Assembly (NCBI GenBank): GCA_002269645.1
Contig: NIVC01000279.1
Location: 1-53,139, forward strand
Length of the DNA: 53,139 nucleotides
DNA from: Macrostomum lignano
Taxonomy: Eukaryota
Direction: 5' to 3'
The position numbers were made by a program, and so were the translations under genes. Positions 33,936 through 44,356 of this stretch are shown piece after piece; within the stretch, counting starts at the first letter, position 1; each line of letters starts with the position of its first letter. The notes beneath the pieces are model-generated. The model did not search any database and had not been told where the DNA came from. It saw only the letters and a program-made list of their open reading frames with translations.

Positions 33936-36139
33936 CACTAAGCAAGCAAATTGGCAAAAATTGTGCAAAATTGCAAGAATATTGCAGAAAGTGCAGAAAG
34001 TGCAATTTTCTTTTTAAAAGTGCAATTCCTTCACTTTTCTTGCTCAATTTAATTTCAATTTTGTTTTGTTCACTTAATCAGAATTGCAATTTCTGCAATG
34101 TTTTGTCATATCTGAATAAGTTGACAGTCTGGGTTTAAAAGGAGTGTTTACAGGCTCTAGATCACTGCAAACTTACATAAAATGATATCACTTTAATCAG
34201 TCAGAATGCTAGATAAATGAAATAGCTTTTCTTGACTTCACTGTTGTTCAAAACAAGAAAAAGTGCATTGACATGAAATGTACATTACTACCTAAACTCT
34301 TGACCACATTTGCTAGAGAAATTCAGATTTAAAATAATATAATTCAAAGGATTTGCTTCTTTTGCATCAGTTGAATTTGTAATTTTCGCTTTATGCACAA
34401 AGTTTGTTTTAACAGTTTGAATATGCAATAGACCACTCCAAAAGCTGAAGTTCAAAAGCAGTAAACATTATGAATTTTAGTAGTAGTAGGCCCCCTAGTA
34501 AGTTTGGCTCAGCAAGAAGCCTGTTTGGCCAGTATATGTCAGTGTATTTAATATTAATAGTAATTCAATAGATAAAGGAGATATGAGCGGCGAGTTTTGC
34601 AATAATATAGTATTTAAAAGAGCTTCAAACAATCTTTAATGACAAACAAAGCAAAAAGTATTTAAGCAAGGAATTAAAAGACAAGTATTGTATGATCTTG
34701 ATATATAGCATTTCAATTGATTCTGTAGGTGATAATAATAAATGTATATGTATATGGCATAGTTCTTCATAAAAATATTTTCCATGGTATATAACCATAT
34801 AACCAAAATTTCATCATTTATTGTTTTGGACGACTATGATTCAAATCTGTCTATGTCTGTTGCTACTACTGGAGCTGGAGCATGTATTCCACAAGAGGCT
34901 GTTGTTGACCCAGCCAACCAAGACACTGGTCTGTTGGTGGCACCTCCTACAAGAAGCCCATGTTTTATGAAACTAGTAATTCTATGTCTTGTTTTAGTAA
35001 TATGATGCAATCTGGTCAAAATTCTAACTCTGTATAATTGACTATTTTTCATGTGTTGACCTTGCTTCATGCAAGGAAGTTGTTACAATGGCAATACTTT
35101 TTGTTTCTATGACCCATGGTATGCCTGAGTCCACACTTGGTACAATTCTTCAGCTTTTGACACTTTTGAACATTGTTACTATTCACTAACTAAAAATCTA
35201 CGCACATTAGCCATGTTACTATAGATGAACTAGCCCACTGAAACAGAACTAGCAAAATGCTCTTGGGAAAAAGTGGCATCTAATTGAAATTTAATAATTG
35301 TGAAAAATTAATTTGCCAGCTTAATTCTTTTGCTAGTCGATTAAAGTGTCCGAGTATAAATAATGATAGAATTATTGTTGTTAAAGCAAATTGCTTGCAT
35401 TTTTTGTTACTCCTAACATTTATTTTTTATTTTTGCAGTTGCAAGTTTTCTGCCAAGTAATTGGGTTTTTAATCATTTTAAAACACCCAGTGTTTATTTA
35501 ATTTAATACAATACAAATATAATTTAGTGTAATACAATTAATTATCTACTACTACTATTATTGTTGTGCAAAAAATTAAAAGGATCTTACTACATGTATA
35601 GTTCTAGTGTTCTTTTTTTGTGAAACGCCTCAAATAGTCTCAAATCATCTGAAGCACAAAAATTCTTGTAAATTATCTGCATTAGAGTCATCAGGCATAT
35701 AGCCATTGCATCACTAAAATTATGCTACTGCAAGTAGCAAGTATTGCATTTGGCGATCCTGAAGATTCTCGCGTTTGATTATTTTACGGAATTATTTCGC
35801 CTTCTATTCAAGGGTGGTGGGGGGTGGGGGTTATAATTAAATGCGGGAAACTAAGAAATTGCCTTGCATTTAAGAAGCACACAATAAATTCAATTGAAGC
35901 TCAATTTCCTTCAATGGACTGCAATTTACTTACAATTATATCCTATATTTCTTACAATCCTGTTGTAATTCAAGTGAGCAAAAATTAAGTTGCATTAATT
36001 GCAAGAGGATTGCAATCCAAAGCTGAAAAAACTGCAATTTAATTACATTTTGACTGCAAGAAAAACACAAGAATTGCACCATTTTCATGTTACCAATTGC
36101 AATTCTCTCTTAATTTGGCATAATTTTTGCCAATTAGTG
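33936..36139. mobile_element. CACTA/EnSpm-like element of about 2.2 kb
   Basis: CACTA...TAGTG termini with a 2-bp AA flank on both sides; the subterminal AATTGGCAAAAATT(G/A)TGC is inverted at the two ends; TGCAA-rich subterminal repeats. Confidence 0.55.
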
Positions 36140-36757
36140 AACTAACAGTAACTTAACCAGCTAATAGACTTGACTAAACTAAACTAGGCTCTAATATTCA
36201 GTCCATACAAAATTAAAAATATAATGCAAAGCATAATAAAGAAATATTTGGTTCTTAGGCCTACCTTATTCGCAAAACCAAAGTCCAAAATAAATAGAAC
36301 GAAGTTGATAGGCCTATGATAGGCTCCAAAAATTTTGATGTAACACACAAAATGCGCTTGCATTGCATGCTAGGCCCTATAGTCTAGGCTCAAATCCTGT
36401 TTAAGTCATAGGCTATTGCCAGGTCTTTAAAGATTGCTTGCAAGAAAATATCATATCATGTCAAATTTTGCTTCTTTTAAGTTTGCTTGGCGAAGACTGC
36501 AAATTAAGCTTGCTAAACATTGCTTGCAGTAGTTTGTTTGCCAAAATTTGCTTTCCAAAGTTTGCTTGCAGGAATTTGCTAACCAAAGGATGCTTGTGGT
36601 AGTTTGTTAGCCATACTTTTATATTGTGTTACTTTGCTTGACAAAGTTGGCTGACGAAGCTCTTTCACTTTTATTCAATTATAAATATGGCTGTGTGCTG
36701 GGTTTACTTTTTGTGCGATAGGGATACTATAGCATCCTTATTTTCAAAATCGCATCT

Positions 36758-36930
36758 TCAAATTGGACCTTGTCACCTTGGATGCGATTTTTGCATCCTA
36801 GTGCTTAGCAAAAAAACCCAGGCTATGTATTAGGAACGCTATATAATATCCTGACTTTCCTTATCGCATCCTAAAATTGGACCTAAGATGCGATTTTGCA
36901 TCTTAGCGCCAGCGAAAAAAACCAGGCTTG
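36758..36930. repeat. Diverged tandem duplication with palindromic cores (CGCATC...GATGCG; AAGATGC...GCATCTT)
   Basis: Read directly; both units end AAAAAA(A)C(C)CAGGCT. Confidence 0.6.
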
Positions 36931-37799
36931 TGTGACATTACAACAGTCGTAATGATAATCCACACTACGACTACGAGCGCGCACTAACTGCAAAAATTTT
37001 ACTGACCAATGTCGAACGTGCTCTCCGTCATGGGATACTTTTAAATTGCTTAGAGCAATTAAAGTTATAGGAGCATAACAAAGGCACATTAAAAACTAGC
37101 TATTATAATTAAGTTCTAATGAGGACCCCATCTCTCTGAAGTGTTATGTACATCTATGTAAGTACATGCTAACAAACATTTGACATTTGACACCCTTAAT
37201 CAAATTTGCATTGTTAAATACACACTTTTAACGTCCGTGACCACATACATAAAAATGATGAGGATGCACTTTTTCCCAAATCCCGCGCTAGCACATGGGC
37301 TCTAAACTTACTTGCCTACTAACAGTGGGCAATGGGCATTTTTATCCTTTTTCTGCGAATTTTCATAGAATCTATACTAGATATAATGTCTGGTCATACT
37401 AGTAGTCATAATAACATAGGCGTAGCTTTTTGGGTCGTAAATCATCGCTTCCGAAGTTGGTCTGACAGACACCTGCGCCTCACTCAGTGTTGAGACGGGC
37501 GCCAGATGGTCTGAGAGGATGCGGGCGGTAGCTTTTTTCTCATCATTTTGACAGGCCATCAAGATTTATGAGGTCAGAGCCTATTGTTCGGATTCACTCA
37601 AGCGTGTGACAGCTTTGACAGCTATGCGTTTTACCCCTAAAAGTACCTTGGGATTAGCGATTAGCGATTTCTCTTCATTACCTTCACTTTCTATTTAATA
37701 AGAGCTTTCTAATGTATATTTTTTCATTAACTTCTGTCAATCCTACGCGAAAAGTCATAAATCATTTTTTTGCGATTTTGAGTGATTTATGGCCGCACC

Positions 37800-38567
37800 T
37801 GTCATCTTTTTACGACCCTGTGGGAACTGATAGGATCTCTCGGTCACGTGATTCTGGGTAGCAACGAGCTTAGCCAATCAGAAAATTCGGCGCTCATTTT
37901 AACAAAACGGCTCAGCCAATCAGAATCGACGTGTTCCGTTATAACAAACTGCGGTCCAGTTGGCGGCTATTTAAACCGGAGTTTTTGGCCCGCTCGGACA
38001 CTGCTGCTTCTGCTGCACCTCTGCTTACTTTGGCTCGGGCCCAGCGCGCAACTTCTGGTTCCCGGAGCACGACCGTCGTTTCTTGATCCCCGGATTGCAA
38101 CTTCCCCCATCATCATCAAGGACGAGTCCCCCGGTCGACAGCAGCGAACATCCAGTTAAGAGCATCACCTGCTAGCTAACAGCGAAGATTGTGACAGCAT
38201 CATCCCGAGTCTACAGCTGCAGAGCATCGAGCCGATTCGGTCACTGTGGAATACCTGGTCTCCGGCTGTTGAGTTTCTGATTGTTTGGGTAGAGGCTACC
38301 TAGACTTGCTTGATTGGGTGATCCCTTATCTGTCCCCTGTTGCAGTAGCTGAATTAGGCGCACACTTTTGCTCATTTTGTTTAGTAGTGCTGTTGCTGAG
38401 GCAGAAATCATTCAATAATACTGCTAGTAGTCTAAGACTCCAATTCAATCTGAAGTGTGAAGTGAACTAAGGAGAAGGTTAAATCTAACAGTTATTTTTA
38501 TCGGTTTTATTTCTTTGTTCGCCGATGGCTCAGATGAGTAGCTAAGCTAGTAGGCGCCGGTCACAGT
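37800..38567 (+). mobile_element. LTR-like segment with twin CCAAT boxes and a TATTTAAA element
   Basis: Starts TGTCATC and ends GCGCCGGTCACA; AGCCAATCAGAA occurs twice upstream of TATTTAAA. No TSD or partner LTR. Confidence 0.35.
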
Positions 38568-39204
38568 GGACCAATGGCAAGGCAGTTCTCAGTCGACCAA
38601 ACTACCAAATCAGTGAGCAAAACTGCCAGAAGTGCACAATCGGCGCCAGAGATGTACTTTGTGCACTCTAGGGTAGCCAAGCGGCTCGGGTAAATGAATC
38701 ATGCGGTCTCTGAAGTTCGAGTTAGTCTATCATCAGCGCTATGAGAGGCTAGTTGGCGCGTTGAAGGCCAAAAGTACATATCTTCGTATTTAGCAATATA
38801 ATAGTACATGCAGCTACCCCATAGACTCTCACCGCAAGAATCCCCTGCACAAGTCCCCTCTGTACCTGCATGGACAATGCGATCAAGTCCCAGCAGTGTC
38901 CCTTATCATCGGCTATGACTTCGAGATTGACAGCAAAAAGACACTAGTTGGCAGGTAAGTGCAAAGCCCCTTCTAGTCGGAAGCCCGATTTCGAGAGTCC
39001 CGGTGTGGTGAGCCAGGGCGCACGGGCTGGTGGCAGCAAGTTAGTTGATCTGCGGATTAGCTAATTTCTACTTTCAAAATTCTCCCTGCTCGTCTCTCGC
39101 TGTCCCTCTCTTAGCTATAGGACCTAGACTGCTCGCCACACGATCAAGCTACCATGGGGCTGACCATCTGACAGGAGTGGGGGGCCAGGTCTCTAATTGA
39201 TTTA

Positions 39205-39300
39205 TTTCTGAGCCTGAGGCCCGAAGGCTTCCCTAACAAGGAGCCCGAAGGTCGAAACCCATCATTTATGAATCTTTAACAAATAAAGGGTTTCCTTGCA
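39205..39300 (+). ncRNA. Degenerate hammerhead-ribozyme-like relic (Penelope pLTR-like)
   Basis: Stem I CAAGGA/TCCTTG, hairpin GCC-CGAA-GGT, GAAA, stem III ACCC/GGGT and AATAAA are present; the CUGANGA core is absent or damaged. Confidence 0.35.
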
Positions 39301-39504
39301 GCTTTATAATGCTTGATAAGTTGATATAATAAAAGCAGATAGAAATAAGAAATAAGATATCAGTTGCTTTCCTCTACTATATTGTCTACGAGCATATTTT
39401 GTTGCATGGTCTGTAGTTGGCATCAGTTGGTTTCCCCTGCTATAGTGTCATCCACGGCCTCTTCGCCAAGGTTCGGTTATCGCTCTGTTCATCTTTCTGC
39501 TCTT

Positions 39505-41218
39505 CATTGATGGCGTCGCACGCGCCATGCCTCCTGCGGTCACCCCCTCAGGACCTCACCATCCGCGTACAGCACTCGTTGGTCGCTTCCGCCACGGAGT
39601 CCCTCCAGGCTGGACTCGACGCTGCTGCTGAGTGGAGCGCGCGCATGAAGATGACGTTGAATCCCCCCAAGAGCGTGGTGTCGCTCTTTTCCAATTCGAC
39701 TGCGGAGGCGTCACTTCAACCACAGTTGCTTCTCAATGACTCGCCTTTGCCCTTCGACGCCAACCCGCGCTTTCTCGGCGTCGTCCTGGATCGCACCCTC
39801 AGTTTTGGCCCTCATGTCAGGGACCTCGTCTCAAAGCCCCGTGGCCGCTGTCGCGCGCTCGCTGCGCTTGCCAACCAGGACTGGGGCTGGCGCAAAGACA
39901 AACACCGCTCGGTGTTCAACGCGCTGATCTGCTCGTGCTGGACTATGCTGCCCCCGCCTGGCAGCCCTGGCTGAGGGAGTCCCGTCTTGAGGACCTCGAC
40001 CGCTGTCAGAATCAGGCGCTCCGTATCATAACGGGCCAACTTGAATCGTCTCCGGTGGACGCGATCAGACTGGAGGCAGGTGTTCCTAGCTACAGGCCTG
40101 CTCGCCCGCTCCTGGGAGAAGGCCCTCCGCCTTCCGCCGGACCACCCACGTCGACGCACCGCGGATGGCACGGCTCAGCACCGCCTGGTCAGATCCAGCT
40201 GGCGCCAGGCCGCTTCTCGTCTCATGGAGCGACTTCCGCTGACCACGGCCCCCCGCCTTCCGCTCTTCCCTGCCGATGACGTGATTCCTCCTCCACCGCC
40301 TGATCGCGCCACTCCCTCGTCTAGCCTTGGTGCCCTCCGACCCGGACATCCGCGACCGCGCCTTGGACCGCGTCCGCGATCGCCTGCACGGCTCACCAGG
40401 TACCTCCCTGGTCATCTACTCCGACGGCTCCGCCCAGAAAGGGGTCTCGGTCGGCGGCCACGCCTTCTTTGTCACCCAAAGCGACCCGGCCCACCCGTCC
40501 GTCCTGCACTCGGCCTCCTTCCGCGGCGCCCCTGCAACCTCCTCGTTTGATGAGGAAGTTGCCGCCTTCTGCGCTGCCGCCGCCTGGGCCGCCGATTCTG
40601 ATTCCATCCGCCGTTTCGTTTTCTGCACCAACAGTCAAGGCTTGGTGGTGGCCCTGTCTAACTCCAACCGCTCGATCGGCCGCGCCCTGACCACGCTTGC
40701 CCACATCGACGCGGACGTCGTGGTTCAGTGGATCCTGGGGCACTGCGGCATCCCCGGGAACGAGCTCGCCGACCACCTGGCCAAGGAAGGGGGTCACCTG
40801 CCGACCCCTCGTCACCCATCTCCTTCCGCGCGGCCGCGGCTACCTGTCAACGCCATATCGTTGACCAACCCAATCACTCGCACTCGACAGCCGCCTACGA
40901 ATTCGTTAGTCAGACTCGGGATCGCGGCGCCGTCACCTGCCTGGTCGACCAGCGTCTGCTCGCCCAACTCCGGGCTGGCCACTGCCGGTCGCTCTGCACT
41001 TACCACGCCTTACTGCGCGTCGGTGGACTCCTCCTCCCCTTTCTGCCCCCTGGAACCGAAAACTGTGGAGCATTGGCTCTGTGCGTGCCCGGCCCTGTAC
41101 GGTGCCCCCCCCCCCACCCCTTGCGGTCCTCGGCTCTGACCCCGCCGGTGTGATCGCACTGGCGCGCTCAACCCTCGTCGATCGCGGTGCGCGTGTCTGA
41201 ATAAAGAAAGAAAGAAAG
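39505..41218 (+). mobile_element. 5'-truncated non-LTR retrotransposon (I-group-like) with RT C-terminus, RNase H and zinc finger
   Basis: DLTI...LNPPKS...FLGVVLDRTLSF, LDYAAPAW, QNQALRIITG; RNase H YSDGS, QWILGHCGIPGNELADHLAK; QLRAGH, ETVEH-like KTVEHWLCACP; (GAAA)n tail. Confidence 0.92.
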
Positions 41219-41286
41219 CAGCAGCAGTGGCAGTGAGGAGATATACATGTATGACTGCGGGAGAAGGCGGAGCGGGGATCACGGTC

Positions 41287-41377
41287 ACTCATGAACTCAC
41301 CCATGACCTCACTCATGAACTCACTTATGAATTCACCCATGAGCTCACTCATGAGCTCATTCTAGAACTCACTCATG
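41287..41377. repeat. 12-bp tandem repeat (ACTCATGAACTC), about 7-8 copies
   Basis: Read directly. Confidence 0.85.
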
Positions 41378-42932
41378 GTCCGCAGACACAGCGGGAAGGC
41401 GAGGGTCGCCCATTCCGCTAGCCCCTGAAGGCCCGCATTCATTGCATGTTTTTGCATTTTCTTTTATTTTCAAGTTTCCTTTTAAAATGTGTTTGGCATT
41501 TACTATATGGAGTAACGTACTGCTGCTGATTTATTTCCATAAAATCATACAGAATAAGGACGAAGATTGTGCATTTTTTATTAAGTACTGCTGCTAAACC
41601 GGTTATTGAAAATAAACCTGTGTTTTGCCTGCATAATGCCTGTTACGGCTTCAATATAACGACAGTGATTGAATTTGATAGAACGATGTCAACTGACATC
41701 GCTAAAACGACGTCGATTTATGCATGTCGCTAAAACGACGTTAATGAGGCTGTATCATTTCGACATTAAATTTCGACGTTATTTTTACTAGCTCGTAGCT
41801 TCTGGGGACTGTGTATAGCAGCTATAGCTTCATCAGCCGATGGCACCAGCCTGCCTCATCATCAGGATCTGCAGCCATGTATCATCACAGTTCATGATCT
41901 TACTATACCAGCCCCCTGTTGACGACCGATCGGGGTTGGACTGACAGTACAGTGCTTCTACATAATGTGATTCGATCTAACCCTTCTAAACCCACAAAAG
42001 AACCTACTCAAACTAACAGACTTGCTGTAAAAGTATAGTACTACATGTAGCTGTGTCTGTGTCCTGACTTTCTATTGCTTTACATGTTGGTAAATGTAAA
42101 AACCGTCGTCTTTACCAGGACTCGAGGTCTGACCATAACGCACGCTCGATCACGCTGGATCAAATAAGAATGAAAAACAAGTCTTCAGTAGCATGATTCT
42201 CCCCATAAGGATTAAATTGCTTGTTCCTAGGCTAAATTAGCTTGGAAACTACTATAATTAAATTCCATCAAATCAAACCATGGACTTTTTATTAAATGAC
42301 TATTATCACACTCTTTCTTTCATTATCTTATCAAAAGTAATGCATTCATTATCAAACGATTATTTTCAACTTTGGACCATAGACTATGGTCAAATAACAG
42401 GATTTATATTTAGTAAACTCATACTGTAATACAAGTTTTAAGCATATTTGTTGATTAATTAAAAAACAAAATGGTATTGAATGGAGGGAAATAAGCAAAA
42501 GGTACATTCGAAAGCAGTACAGTACAGTACAAAATAGAACAGTAAGTTTTGATGCATTTTTAAGCTAAAAATTCTTAATTCCCAACGAAGCAGAGACGAT
42601 CTATTACTAGTGGCTGTAGACCTAGTTGCTCAGATTTAACGTGCAATTTGAGAATTGTGGCAGCCGGAGAAGACACTGGAGACATTTTGTTTACTAAGCG
42701 TGACCTAAATCATTCATATTTTTAACAAACGCGTTACCATAGAAGAACATGTGGTCTTTGGTTGTTCTCGGAAGCGAATCCAACTCGGCCTTATCCATGC
42801 TATACATAGTAATTAAATCTTTTCCTTTGTGACGTTGCCAGTTTAAGGTGGTCCCGCAAAAGGGCCGTTGGACTAGAATTTCACTACAATTTCTCATTTA
42901 ATATTCTCAAATCGTGTATTCTCACGTTTACT

Positions 42933-43569
42933 TGTAGTAGCGCCCAACGAATCTGTATCAATTGCTAATCATTGCGTACATTGTAATCTTTGCGTACGTC
43001 TGTAGGGTCTCGCGCGATCAATAATTTCAGTTCTCGCTTTTCCCCGCCAGCCAATGAAAACTCTCCGCATATATTATGCTAACCCTCCTGCGCTCCTTTA
43101 TTAACCCCGCCTGGCGGCGAGCTGGGGGTTTCACTCTCTTCTCTTCTCTCCCTCCTTCGCGCTCTCGCTTCTCTCTCTCGCTTGTCTCTCCTTATCTCTC
43201 GCCACGGCCCCACCCTGTCTGGGCCAGACTTGTTTACGCATTCGTGCTCCACCTTGTACTGCCACGGGCTAGCGCCCAATCACGCCACTACTTGTCTACT
43301 TGCTACTCACTGCCACCACCGTACTCAGCGCCATCACTTGCTACTTTGCTTCACCATCATCCTTCATCATCTGCTTGACTTCATAATTACATCAACCCGT
43401 TGTTGCAGCCGCCAGTGCCCCAGAACGCTATAACTCTTGTATTGACATTAATCATATATTGACAACGACAATAAACAGTTTACGGCAGTCCTCTGCCATC
43501 ATACGCCAAGTGCTACCGCTACACAATCCACTCCGCAAGAGTTGACTTCACCAGTAATTTGGGACTACA
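42933..43569. mobile_element. LTR-like segment TGTAGT...ACTACA
   Basis: 6-bp inverted termini, internal pyrimidine tract and AATAAA; no TSD found. Confidence 0.35.
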
Positions 43570-44081
43570 ACGACTACAAAAACGTGACACCTTCGACATC
43601 CGGTAGAACGACACCAAACAGTTGATCTTCAGAGCGTGATTGATCGGTAAAGAAATGGATAAAGTCCTCCAGTTGGGCATCTTCTCGGTGATCAACACTG
43701 CTCAGCTCCGCAAGGAAAGAATGTATTCGGTATTCGGTATTCGGTAGATGTAACGCCGTCGAGACTATCCACTGGCAGATGGGACCAGATAGGTGTGCAA
43801 TAGACATAGCTTATAAGTATTGCAGTCGAACGATCACTGGGAAAATGAAAGCGAATTATCTGCTGAACCCTACTAAGTTTTAGCAAGGACAACTTGATAA
43901 CTTATCAAGTTGATGATAAGTTATCAAGTTGTCCTTTAGTTTTAGTCTAACACTACCCACTTCGTTTTCTGAGTCAAATTTTAATTGTCTATGGCATTAT
44001 CTGAGTTCCTCATTCTATTTCTATGTGTCATTTCATGGTCCAAATTTAAGCATTCATTATCAAACGTTTGATAATGGTAGA

Positions 44082-44206
44082 TTGCGTAGTAGGTAAGGGG
44101 CTGAAATAATGGCCAAACACGAGTGCGCACGCAAGGAATGGGGCACTCAAGGTGTGCACGCGCACTCGTGTTTGGCCATTATTTCAGCCCCTTACCTACT
44201 ACGCAA
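44082..44206. repeat. Perfect 47-bp inverted repeat with a 31-nt loop (foldback/MITE-like)
   Basis: 44082-44128 is the exact reverse complement of 44160-44206. Confidence 0.92.
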
Positions 44207-44356
44207 CGTCATTGTCTATAAGACACAGCCTGGCCATTATTTCAGCGTGCCGGAAGCGGTCATTATTTCAGGGTAAGAGTCTGCGTGCGTGCGACTGCGT
44301 AAAGAGGGCGGTGGTTGGGCCATAGACTATAAATAAAAAAGCTGTTCGGCCATAGA

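Noticed and set aside
38665-38725. tRNA gene (A-box TAGCCAAGCGG, B-box-like GTTCGAG)
   Set aside because: No cloverleaf can be folded; at most a decayed SINE head.
40041-40815. Overlapping Arg/Pro-rich ORFs on both strands
   Set aside because: Shadow frames of the GC-rich LINE coding region.
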